Assembly: GCA_035601715.1 (NCBI GenBank)
Contig: DATNNS010000149.1
Coordinates: 1-38,625 of the forward strand
Length of the DNA: 38,625 nt
DNA from: Rhizomicrobium sp.
GTDB taxonomy: Bacteria > Pseudomonadota > Alphaproteobacteria > Micropepsales > Micropepsaceae
Direction: 5' to 3'
A program made the position numbers and the translations under genes. Shown piece after piece: positions 29,263-36,937 of the stretch. The notes under the pieces were generated by a model. The model was not told the origin of the DNA, made no database searches, and saw nothing but the letters and a program-made list of their open reading frames with translations. Positions within the stretch are counted from its first letter, which is position 1; every line of letters begins with the position of its first letter.

Positions 29263-29621
29263 ACCCCGTCCTCGCATTCGCGCTCAAGGCGCTCGCAACC
29301 GCCGCCTTCATTGTCGGCGTGAGCGAACTTGCCAAGCGGTCGAACTTCGCGTCGGCGCTTTTGGTCGGACTGCCGCTGACCTCGGCACTGACGATTGCCT
29401 GGCTCTATCTCGACACCGGCGATTCCGCCCGCGCCGGTCACTATGCCTGGAGCGTGCTGCTGCTGTTGCCGCCGGGCTGCGTGTTCCTTGCCGCATTGCC
29501 GCTCGGCATCCGCTATGGCCTCGGGTTCTGGCCAAGCTTCGCGGCGGCAGTCGCGCTGACAACCGCAATCTACGCGGTCTATGCCTTCCTGCTGCAGCGC
29601 GTCTTCCAGATAACGTTGTGA
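29259..29621 (+). CDS. DUF3147-like small membrane protein
   Basis: ATGA overlap with the upstream gene; K...TA..IV.VSELAKRS....ALL..LPLTS; four TM. Confidence 0.72.
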   Translation: MNPVLAFALKALATAAFIVGVSELAKRSNFASALLVGLPLTSALTIAWLYLDTGDSARAGHYAWSVLLLLPPGCVFLAALPLGIRYGLGFWPSFAAAVALTTAIYAVYAFLLQRVFQITL

Positions 29622-30366
29622 GAACGGCCCCATGAGCAAAGTCTTCGACGGCCGTTTCACCGCGCGCATCGAAAAGCCTGTCGTGCTGTTCCTGATCGGC
29701 ATGCGGATCAACAAGCCGCTCGCCGTGGGAAAATGGTGGCCCGTCACGCGCGCCATGCCGCGCATGCTGGCCGAGCTCGAAGCCAAGCCGGGCTCGGGCC
29801 TGTTGTGGCATCGCACTTACGTCTCGCCGCCGGTTGTTATGGTCCAGCAATATTGGAATTCGTTCGACGAGCTGCTCGCTTACGCCCACGACAAATCCGC
29901 CGCGCATTTCCCCGCCTGGGCGGAATTCAACCGCCGCGTCGGCAACAACGGCGCCGTCGGCATCTGGCACGAGACCTATCTGGTCGAGCCCAGCAAGTTC
30001 GAGACGCTCTACGGCAACATGCCGCTGTTCGGCCTCGCCGCCGCGGGCAGCCATGTGAAAGCCGAAGGCCGGCTTGCCGCCGCCAAGGACCGGTTTTCGG
30101 CGGCGGCGTAGCGTTTCCTCCAGCCGGCGCTCGGCAAGATAAAGCTTTGCTTCGGCGATCATCATCCTGGTTTCTGCAAGAAACAGCCGCCGCCAACGCC
30201 GCCGCGCAATCGCTTCGCCCGACCGCTCGCCATGTTTCCAGGCATTGCGATTGCCGTTCGGGGCCCCGACGCGGCGCTTGGGCGCAATATAATTGTTCGC
30301 CGGAATCGGACACTTCCTCTCTCCGCCGGCGTCATGTTCCGTCAATATGTTCGTGGTATGTTCCAT
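29308..30366 (-). CDS. Candidate cryptic ORF with GAPxGNxNAxKHG motif; only 30112-30366 is free of antisense overlap; may be a pseudogene
   Basis: ATG 30366 reads MEHTTNILTEHDAGGERKCPIPANNYIAPKRRVGAPNGNRNAWKHGERSGEAIARRRWRR... There is no stop until 29308, so the frame runs antisense through DUF4188 and DUF3147. Confidence 0.27.
   Translation of the reverse strand: MEHTTNILTEHDAGGERKCPIPANNYIAPKRRVGAPNGNRNAWKHGERSGEAIARRRWRRLFLAETRMMIAEAKLYLAERRLEETLRRRRKPVLGGGKPAFGFHMAARGGEAEQRHVAVERLELAGLDQIGLVPDADGAVVADAAVEFRPGGEMRGGFVVGVSEQLVERIPILLDHNNRRRDVSAMPQQARARLGFELGQHARHGARDGPPFSHGERLVDPHADQEQHDRLFDARGETAVEDFAHGAVLTTLSGRRAAAGRHRPRRLRLSARLPPRSLARTRGHSGCRAAMRQGTRSPAATAAARSRHSDRRGRNRRCRDRARQSSVPRSAAVRPKAPTRSSTAWQVRSRRQ
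29632..30111 (+). CDS. DUF4188 (monooxygenase af470-like) protein
   Basis: VVLFLIGMRINK, M..ML.EL, VQQYW.SFD.L..YA, H.PAW..FN, GIWHETY, Y.NMP.FGL. Confidence 0.88.
   Translation: MSKVFDGRFTARIEKPVVLFLIGMRINKPLAVGKWWPVTRAMPRMLAELEAKPGSGLLWHRTYVSPPVVMVQQYWNSFDELLAYAHDKSAAHFPAWAEFNRRVGNNGAVGIWHETYLVEPSKFETLYGNMPLFGLAAAGSHVKAEGRLAAAKDRFSAAA
30349..30363. promoter_or_regulatory. Alphaproteobacterial LexA (SOS) box GTTC-N7-GTTC
   Basis: GTTC-GTGGTAT-GTTC is an exact match. A third GTTC lies at 30336-30339; all three occur as ATGTTC. Confidence 0.7.
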
Positions 30367-30373
30367 ACAATCA

Positions 30374-30402
30374 CAGGTAGCGGCTCGCCTTCGTTCTGTC
30401 AA
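30374..30402 (-). promoter_or_regulatory. Putative sigma70 promoter firing across the LexA box
   Basis: Minus-strand TTGACA (30402-30397), 17 nt, then (GC)TACCTG (30379-30374), 7 nt before ATG 30366. Confidence 0.5.
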
Positions 30403-30440
30403 GCCGCCGCTTTATTCCTTCGCGGTAGCGGTTAATGCCG

Positions 30441-30824
30441 TCAATCAGGCTTGGCGAAATACACCGCCTCGATCTTGTTGCCGTCGGGATCGAAGATGAA
30501 CGCACCGAAATAGGTGGCGAAGGCCGCCTGGCGCGGCCCGGGTTCGCCGGCCGAACGCCCGCCATGGGCGAGCGCGCGGGCATGGAAGTCGCGCACCGCC
30601 GCCTCGCCGGGCGCGCGCAGGCAGATATGGGTTCCAGTGTTGTCCGGCTGCGGCGCGAGGCTGCCCCGCGCGTTGAGCCAGAACTCGGGATATTTCCTGC
30701 CGAAGCCCACGCTCGCGGGCGCGCGATCGACAAGCGGCAGCAGGCCCAGCGGCGCCAGCACACGCTCGTAGAATGCTGCACTCCGCGCCAGCTCGCTGAC
30801 GGCGAGCGAGACATGGTCGATCAC
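30441..30824 (-). CDS. VOC/glyoxalase-family protein
   Basis: MIDHVSL.V.....S..FY...L.PLG, HICL.A, FH..AL..GG...G.PG.R, Y.GAF..DPDGNKIEAV. Confidence 0.92.
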   Translation of the reverse strand: MIDHVSLAVSELARSAAFYERVLAPLGLLPLVDRAPASVGFGRKYPEFWLNARGSLAPQPDNTGTHICLRAPGEAAVRDFHARALAHGGRSAGEPGPRQAAFATYFGAFIFDPDGNKIEAVYFAKPD

Positions 30825-31771
30825 TATTTCGCCTCCGCCGCCGTCGCATAGAGCATCTGCTCCTTGTAGGCGATGTAGATGTGCAGCTGGCGCAGCACGC
30901 TGGCGCCGATCAAAAGTTGCGGATTGCCCTTGCCGAAGGTCTCCTCGGGCAGGATATCGATGTCGGGGTGCAGCACCGCGACGCCTTCCAGTGTCAGCGA
31001 GGCGAAGGGATAGTTGTAGACCGTGGTCGGCGCAGTGCCGTTCACCGAGATGTCCGCATGCTTGGCGATGGCCGGATTGTCCGCATCTATGCCGAAAATC
31101 TCCTTCGCCACCGCCAGGCTCATGCTGGAGCGCTCCGCGCCGGTGTCGATGACGGCGGTGAGCGGCTTCCCGTCCAGCGTGACCGGCACGAAGATATGCC
31201 AGTTACGGTCCACCCGCATGGGAACCTGAGCGTAATTGTCATGCGTCCAGTAGACGACCTGCCCGGGGCAATGGTCCTGAGAGAACAGCTTGAATTTGGC
31301 GTGGGCGTAATCGATGTCGACATCGTAATTGCTCATGATGTCGGGGCCGAGCAGTCCGCCGGTGTCGGGGTTCAGCGCCGACGCCGCCAGTACCAGGAAG
31401 GGAAAACGCCCCGTCGTCAGCGTTCCCAATTTGAAGGAATGCGAATAGGCGATCTGGTCGATCTGCACGCCGCCCAGCAGCTCGAAAATCATCCTGCTGC
31501 GATCGCGGTCCAGATGCAGCGAATCGGCGACGGTCGAGGTGACGATGCTGCGGATATCGCCGGTATCGACCTCCAGGAAAACCGTATGGTCGTCGATCGA
31601 GGCCGGCACGGAGATCAGCCCGTTGGGCTGCGTCACCAGGTCGAGCTCGCTAAGGCGCAGGAGCTTGCAAGGCGGCGGCGAAGCGGGCGCGGGCGGCGGC
31701 GCGACGTCTTGCGCGGCCGCGCCGGAGCACGACAACACCGCAAGCAGAATCCAGGCGTCTCGCGGGCTCAT
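30824..31771 (-). CDS. Secreted tandem retropepsin-like aspartyl protease
   Basis: Signal peptide; two catalytic motifs VDTGD and IDTGA, each followed by a hydrophobic-Gly motif (GLLG, LLIG). Confidence 0.87.
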   Translation of the reverse strand: MSPRDAWILLAVLSCSGAAAQDVAPPPAPASPPPCKLLRLSELDLVTQPNGLISVPASIDDHTVFLEVDTGDIRSIVTSTVADSLHLDRDRSRMIFELLGGVQIDQIAYSHSFKLGTLTTGRFPFLVLAASALNPDTGGLLGPDIMSNYDVDIDYAHAKFKLFSQDHCPGQVVYWTHDNYAQVPMRVDRNWHIFVPVTLDGKPLTAVIDTGAERSSMSLAVAKEIFGIDADNPAIAKHADISVNGTAPTTVYNYPFASLTLEGVAVLHPDIDILPEETFGKGNPQLLIGASVLRQLHIYIAYKEQMLYATAAEAK

Positions 31772-32919
31772 TTGAGGTGCTTCAATTCAGTGACCGCCGC
31801 ATCATATTCCACGAAATCATGCCGACAGCCGGCTTGGGCTGCCTGGAGCAAGCCCAGGCCCGCGGCCTGGTTGCCGTGCAGATATTGCCATTCGCCGGCA
31901 TAGAAATCCGCTTCGCAGGTCTGGTTCTTGAGCGTGTCGGGATCGGAGGACGCCGCCGCCTTAACCGCGTCGTCGACCGTGGCCTGCCCCAGATAGAGCC
32001 TGATCAACGGCGCCGGCCATTTGGAAAGATCAAGCGCCGCCGCGTTCTTCGCGAATTCGGCATCGTAAGCCTCGCCGCTTTTGGCCTGCGCCAGCGCGCG
32101 CCACAACACGCCATAGGCGAATTGGGGTTGCGCCTTCACAATGCCGGCAAATGTCGCGGTCGCATCGGAAAACCGCCCATATTCCCACTGCGCCAGGCCC
32201 AATTGCAGGCGACCGTCGGAATCGTCAGGCTTGAGCCTGAGGCCGTCGATGGCGTCGCTGATCGCGCTGCGATATTCGCCTTCGTCCAGATAGGTCTGCG
32301 CGCGCTCGAAATAATTGCCCGGCGATTTGTCGTCGAGATCGACGGCCTTGTCCTGGTCAGCGATCGCCTTTTCGTAGTCGCCCTTGCGACGCAGGGCATT
32401 GCCGCGCAGCGAATAGCCGAAATCGGACTGTGGCGCCAAACCGATGATGGCGGTGAAGTCCGCGATCGCCGGATCGAGATTGTCTTCTTCCTCATAGAGG
32501 AATCCGCGCGCGGCATAGCCCACCGCGTCGCCCGGTAAAAGGCGGATGACGCTGGTATAATCCGCGATCGCGGCGTCGTATTTCTTCTGGCGACCATATG
32601 TGGCGGCGCGCCGCAGCAAAGCTTCCAGATCGTCCGGATCCAAAGCCAGCGCCGCACTGTAATCCGCCGTTGCGGCGGCCCAGTCCTTTTTTCCCAGATA
32701 GGCGTCGCCGCGATCGATATAGGCCGGCACCCGGAAGCTCGCCAGCAGGTCGGGCGCCGCGAGCGCCAGGTTCATGCGGCGGATGGCTTCGTCCCAGTTG
32801 CCGTGATTGTGCGCCGCGATGCCGGCATTGAAATCGGAATAGGCGCTCGCAAGAGCGCCCCCCGCGACACCGGCGGCGACACTGGCCAGCAAAAATCCGG
32901 CGAATAGCCGCGCGTTCAT
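31768..32919 (-). CDS. Secreted TPR protein with NlpI-like C-terminal region
   Basis: Signal peptide without lipobox; repeated Y..RG..Y......D.AI.D...A TPR units; WP.PLI.LYLG...CEA.FY.G...F.EY..A..EL ending. ATG 32919 has the better SD spacing (GTG 32925 is the alternative). Confidence 0.85.
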   Translation of the reverse strand: MNARLFAGFLLASVAAGVAGGALASAYSDFNAGIAAHNHGNWDEAIRRMNLALAAPDLLASFRVPAYIDRGDAYLGKKDWAAATADYSAALALDPDDLEALLRRAATYGRQKKYDAAIADYTSVIRLLPGDAVGYAARGFLYEEEDNLDPAIADFTAIIGLAPQSDFGYSLRGNALRRKGDYEKAIADQDKAVDLDDKSPGNYFERAQTYLDEGEYRSAISDAIDGLRLKPDDSDGRLQLGLAQWEYGRFSDATATFAGIVKAQPQFAYGVLWRALAQAKSGEAYDAEFAKNAAALDLSKWPAPLIRLYLGQATVDDAVKAAASSDPDTLKNQTCEADFYAGEWQYLHGNQAAGLGLLQAAQAGCRHDFVEYDAAVTELKHLK

Positions 32920-32940
32920 GTCCACATCACCCCCACGCCA

Positions 32941-32969
32941 AGTCTAGGCGGGCGGGCGGCGGACTTCAA
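32941..32969 (-). promoter_or_regulatory. Putative sigma70 promoter of the TPR-protease-VOC unit
   Basis: Minus-strand TTGAAG-N17-TAGACT; TTGCGC-N2-GCGCAA palindrome just upstream (32971-32984). Confidence 0.45.
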
Positions 32970-33018
32970 TTTGCGCCCGCGCAATATTGGGCCGGTGTCG
33001 CAATAATCACGCCGGGTC

Positions 33019-33642
33019 CTAGCGGCTCATCAGCGCGTAGGGCCCGCCTTTTTCGATGCCGCGCTTGTAGGCCAGGCGCTCCTGCATGCGAGCGCGGTAT
33101 TTAACGAGCTCGGGATAGGGCGCGAGCCGCGCGCCGGCCGCTTCGAGCACGAACAGGATTTGGATGTCAGCGCCGGTCAGATCGTTGCCGACGAAGAATT
33201 GCCGGCCCTTGATGCCGGATTCCAGATAAGCCAGGTGATTGGCGATTTCACCGTCGACGCGCGGCTTGAGCGCCGCCGCGCCGTCGCCCAGCATGCCGGT
33301 ATAGAGCGCCAGCAGCAGCGGCAGCATCGCGGAGCCTTCGGCGTAATGCATCCACTCGATATATTTCCAGTAATCGTCGCTGCCCGCTTTCGGTTTCATG
33401 CGGCCCTTGCCGTAGGTGTCGATGATGTATTCGACGATGGCGCCGGATTCGGCGATGGTCTTGCCGGCATCGGTGATGACGGGCGATTTGCCCAGCGGAT
33501 GCACCGCCTTCAACTCCGGCGGCGCCAGCGGCACCGGGCTCATGCGCGTGTACGGCACGATCTCGTAAGGCACGCCGAGCTCTTCGAGCAGCCACAGGAT
33601 CCGCTGCGAGCGGGAATTGTTGAGGTGATGGACCTTGAGCAT
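33019..33642 (-). CDS. Glutathione S-transferase (GTT1-like)
   Basis: GGAGG RBS before ATG 33642; HHLNNSRSQRILWLLEELG, HPLGKSPVI, AESGAI.EY, HYAEGSAM, TGADI. Confidence 0.93.
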   Translation of the reverse strand: MLKVHHLNNSRSQRILWLLEELGVPYEIVPYTRMSPVPLAPPELKAVHPLGKSPVITDAGKTIAESGAIVEYIIDTYGKGRMKPKAGSDDYWKYIEWMHYAEGSAMLPLLLALYTGMLGDGAAALKPRVDGEIANHLAYLESGIKGRQFFVGNDLTGADIQILFVLEAAGARLAPYPELVKYRARMQERLAYKRGIEKGGPYALMSR

Positions 33643-33700
33643 GGCTATCCTCCGATGGCGGGCTATGATCGGAACAGGATCGCGTGGCGGGCGCAAGACC

Positions 33701-34288
33701 ATGGCGGATGACAACGAATTGACGGCCTGGCAGCGCCTGTCGGGCAAGGGAATCTACCCGGCGAAATATGCGTTTTTTCTGCTGCTTCCGTTCCGCGCGA
33801 TTCAACTTTCGCCGAGCCGGCTGCTGCGGCGCATGGGCCTTAAGCCCAGCGACAGCGTGCTCGAGATCGGCTGCGGCCCGGGCTATTTCAGTCCGGCGGT
33901 GGCGCAGTATCTCGCGCGCGGCAAGCTTGTGCTGTTCGACTATCAGTCCGAAATGCTCGATATCGCCGAGCGCAGACTGAAGCGGCGCGGGCTCTCGAAC
34001 ACCGAACGCCATCAGGGCGACGCCAAGGCGCTACCTTTCGCGGACGACCGCTTCGATGCTGCGTTCCTGGTGACGGTGCTGGGCGAAGTGGGCGATCCCG
34101 CCCGCGCGCTCGCCGAAGCCGCGCGCGTGCTCAAGCCCGGCGGGAGACTCTCCGTCAGCGAATTGGCCGGCGATCCCGATTATGTGCGCTTCGAGGCTTT
34201 GCGGAATATGGCCGACGGCACAGGCCTCGTTTTCGAAGAACGCTTCGGTCCGCGCTTCGCCTACACGGCGAACTTCCGCAAGGCCTGA
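33701..34288 (+). CDS. Class I SAM-dependent methyltransferase
   Basis: ATG 33701; VLEIGCGPG, GDA..LPF.D..FD, VLGEV.D...AL.EA.RVLKPGG. Confidence 0.88.
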   Translation: MADDNELTAWQRLSGKGIYPAKYAFFLLLPFRAIQLSPSRLLRRMGLKPSDSVLEIGCGPGYFSPAVAQYLARGKLVLFDYQSEMLDIAERRLKRRGLSNTERHQGDAKALPFADDRFDAAFLVTVLGEVGDPARALAEAARVLKPGGRLSVSELAGDPDYVRFEALRNMADGTGLVFEERFGPRFAYTANFRKA

Positions 34289-34298
34289 AGCGAAGAAT

Positions 34299-34592
34299 TC
34301 AAATCCTTGCCAGCCGGATCGCCTTTTCCGGGCACGCCGCGACGCATAGCCCGCAGGAATGGCAGCGCTCGGCATGCACCGCGAACGCCTGCTTGCCGCC
34401 GTGCACGGCGACCTTCAGGCGCACGAAGAACGGCAGCGCTGAGCGCTCGGCGTTCGTCAGCTTGCGCACTTCGAACACGTCGTAGGGACAGACGCGGACA
34501 CAATCTTCCTTGCCTTCGCAACGGTGCGAATCGATCACCGGCGCCACGACGCCGGCCGGCTGCTTGCAGGAAGACGTATCCATCGCCGCCAT
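34299..34592 (-). CDS. Bacterial-type dicluster ferredoxin with one atypical cluster motif
   Basis: CEGKEDCVRVCP and CHSCGLCVAACP; ATG overlaps the upstream TGA. Confidence 0.85.
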   Translation of the reverse strand: MAAMDTSSCKQPAGVVAPVIDSHRCEGKEDCVRVCPYDVFEVRKLTNAERSALPFFVRLKVAVHGGKQAFAVHAERCHSCGLCVAACPEKAIRLARI

Positions 34593-35104
34593 CACTGCAC
34601 CGCGATCGAAACGACGTCGTGCACGCCGCGCGAGGCATGCGCATCGCCGGGCACAACGAGGCGCGGCGCATCGAGCGCCACGCCGTCTTTCTCGTAAGCC
34701 AGGATGACCTGCTTGCCCTCGAGCTTGGGGTCGATCTCGCCTTCGCTGAGCGCCGCTGCATAGCCGTCCTGGCCGGTGACGAGAATGGTGTGGCGTAAAT
34801 AGGCATTCTTCTGCGCGCCGTTCACCCAGCCCGCATCGTCAATAATCGCCCACAGCAACGCACCGGCGAAGCGCGCATCGACCGGGCCATGATCGGTGGC
34901 TTGCGAAATCGAGACGGTGATCCGCGGAAGTTTTTTCAGATTGTCGATCCAGATTTCGGACGGCCGTTGCACGCCGGTCAGCGAAATCGCGCGCGTGCCG
35001 GTGACTGAGATGGCCTGTCCAGCCGCCGGCGGTTGCGCGCTTGCGACGGACCAGGCCGAAATCGCCGCCGCCAGCACAGCCCCGCCCATTGCGCGCCGGT
35101 TCAC
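34592..35104 (-). CDS. Exported protein with sulfite-oxidase-like molybdopterin-binding fold
   Basis: GTG 35104 overlaps the GNAT stop; NRR plus hydrophobic signal; F.G..L..II, G.DGY.A.LS.GEIDP, ILAY..DG..L..PRLVVPGD....R.V..V..I. Confidence 0.72.
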   Translation of the reverse strand: MNRRAMGGAVLAAAISAWSVASAQPPAAGQAISVTGTRAISLTGVQRPSEIWIDNLKKLPRITVSISQATDHGPVDARFAGALLWAIIDDAGWVNGAQKNAYLRHTILVTGQDGYAAALSEGEIDPKLEGKQVILAYEKDGVALDAPRLVVPGDAHASRGVHDVVSIAVQ

Positions 35105-35700
35105 CGGGGCTTTCTCCACATCGGCCAGATCTTGGGGCCGCCCGGCACCCGCATCTCGCCGGTCAGCTCGAAGCCGAAGCTTTGATAGATCGGGATGTTC
35201 GTGTCCTTGCTGGACTCCAGATAGCAGGGCATGTGTGCGGCGTCGGCGGTGGCAAGGGTGTGGCGCATGATGACGCCGCCATAACCCTTGCCCTGGAATT
35301 TCGGATCGGTGCCGATGGTCTGCAGATACCAGTGCGGCTCGTGCGGATGGCTTTTCTCCATCATGTCCATGGTGGAGAGCACGCGCAGAATGCCGCCGCC
35401 GAAGGCCGACAGCAACGCCGGACCGTTGGTGATGTAGGCCCAGAACGGAACGTCCCATTCGTTCGGCGGCCGCCATAGCGTGACCGATTCATAATTGCCG
35501 GTCGTGTAGCAGGCGCCGTGGGGCTGGCCGAGCTTGAAGATGATGCGCATCACGGTCTCAAGCTTCGCGAGCCGCGTGGAATCGTCGGGCAGGAAGAACG
35601 AGAAGACGGGATCGTCGTAGAAGGCGCGCGCCAGTGTCTGAGACAGTGGCGCGCTGTCTGCCGCCACGGCCGTGCGAACGGTCGCGCCGGGCGGCGCCAT
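35101..35700 (-). CDS. GNAT acetyltransferase (puromycin N-acetyltransferase-like)
   Basis: ATG 35700 overlaps the vWA stop; LARAF.DDP, HP..PHWYL..IGTDP..QGKG.G, P.YLESS...NIP.Y...GF, W.MWR.P. Confidence 0.9.
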   Translation of the reverse strand: MAPPGATVRTAVAADSAPLSQTLARAFYDDPVFSFFLPDDSTRLAKLETVMRIIFKLGQPHGACYTTGNYESVTLWRPPNEWDVPFWAYITNGPALLSAFGGGILRVLSTMDMMEKSHPHEPHWYLQTIGTDPKFQGKGYGGVIMRHTLATADAAHMPCYLESSKDTNIPIYQSFGFELTGEMRVPGGPKIWPMWRKPR

Positions 35701-36875
35701 CAGCGGTTCAGCTCCTTCATCGCATTGTCCAGCCCCTGCAAGGTCAGCGGGAACATGCGGTTGCCGATGATCTGGTCGATCAGTCCGATGGACGGCGTGT
35801 AGTCCCAATGCTTCTGCGCCACCGGGTTCAGCCACACGACATGCTCGTAGATCTGCGTCACGCGGTCGAGCCACATCGCGCCGGCTTCCTCGTTCCAATG
35901 CTCGACGCTGCCGCCGGGATAGGTGATCTCGTACGGGCTCATCGTCGCGTCGCCGACGAAGATCACTTTGTAGTCGTGGGGAAATTTGTGAAGGATGTCC
36001 CAGGTCTGGCTCTTCTCGTTGTGGCGGCGGCGATTGTCCTTCCAGCACGACTCGTAAAGGCAATTGTGGAAGTAAAAGAATTCCATGTGCTTGAATTCAG
36101 TCTTGGCGGCGCTGAACAATTCCTCGCAGAGCTTGATATAGGCGTCCATCGAGCCGCCGATGTCGAAGAACAGCAATACCTTCACCGTATTGTGGCGCTC
36201 GGGAATCAGCTTGAGGTCGAGATAGCCCTTGTTCGCGGTGTCCTTGATCGTACCGGGCAGGTCGAGCTCGACCTCCGCGCCCTGCCGCGCCCATTTGCGC
36301 AATCGGCGCAGCGCCACCTTGATGTTGCGCGTGCCGAGCTCGACGCTGTCATCCAGGTTCTTGTATTCGCGCTTGTCCCAGACCTTGACCGCCTTGCCGT
36401 GACGTCCTTTGTCCTGGCCGATTCGCACGCCTTCGGGATTGTAGCCGTTCGCCCCATACGGAGATGTGCCGCCGGTGCCGATCATCTTCGATCCGCCTTC
36501 GTGGCGCTTCTTCTGCTCTTCCAGGCGCTGCTTGAGCGTCTCCATGAGCTTGTCCCAGCCGCCCATGGCCTCGATCTGCTTCTTTTCTTCCTCGGTGAGG
36601 AATTTCTCGGTCAGCGCCTTGAGCCACTCCTCGGGGATTTGCGCGAGCAGTGACGCGTCGATCCCTTCGAGCCCCTTGAAGACATGGCCGAACACCTGGT
36701 CGAACTTGTCGAGGTTGCGCTCGTCCTTCACCAGCGCCGTGCGCGACAGATAATAGAATTCGTCGATCTTCAGATCGATCACGCCCTTGTCCAGCGCATC
36801 CATCAGCGCGAGATATTCCTTCAGCGTGACGGGGATGCGGGCGGCGCGGAGCTCGTCGAAGAATTGGAAGAACAT
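35700..36875 (-). CDS. vWA domain protein (CoxE-like), MoxR partner
   Basis: VKDER.LDKFD, W..REY.NLDD..ELG.RNIKVALRRLR, MIDAS-like DIGGSM, FYFHNC.YE, FVGDA.MSPYE, WLNP. Confidence 0.92.
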   Translation of the reverse strand: MFFQFFDELRAARIPVTLKEYLALMDALDKGVIDLKIDEFYYLSRTALVKDERNLDKFDQVFGHVFKGLEGIDASLLAQIPEEWLKALTEKFLTEEEKKQIEAMGGWDKLMETLKQRLEEQKKRHEGGSKMIGTGGTSPYGANGYNPEGVRIGQDKGRHGKAVKVWDKREYKNLDDSVELGTRNIKVALRRLRKWARQGAEVELDLPGTIKDTANKGYLDLKLIPERHNTVKVLLFFDIGGSMDAYIKLCEELFSAAKTEFKHMEFFYFHNCLYESCWKDNRRRHNEKSQTWDILHKFPHDYKVIFVGDATMSPYEITYPGGSVEHWNEEAGAMWLDRVTQIYEHVVWLNPVAQKHWDYTPSIGLIDQIIGNRMFPLTLQGLDNAMKELNR

Positions 36876-36937
36876 GGGTGGCTCACGTCAATGGCGGTTG
36901 AGGCCAGTATGACCGACTTTCCCCTTTACACCAACGG

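Noticed and set aside
30331-30366. Three ATGTTC repeats as a mini-CRISPR or iteron array
   Set aside because: Repeats and spacers are far too short, and no cas or rep genes are present. A LexA operator explains them better.
30112-30402. Prophage
   Set aside because: Only a short terminase-like peptide motif is present. No large terminase, portal, capsid, integrase or att sites occur in the window.
28642-35700. Secondary-metabolite or resistance cluster (methyltransferases, GNAT, VOC, GST, DUF4188)
   Set aside because: Mixed orientations, no scaffold-forming enzyme or transporter, and all are common accessory families.
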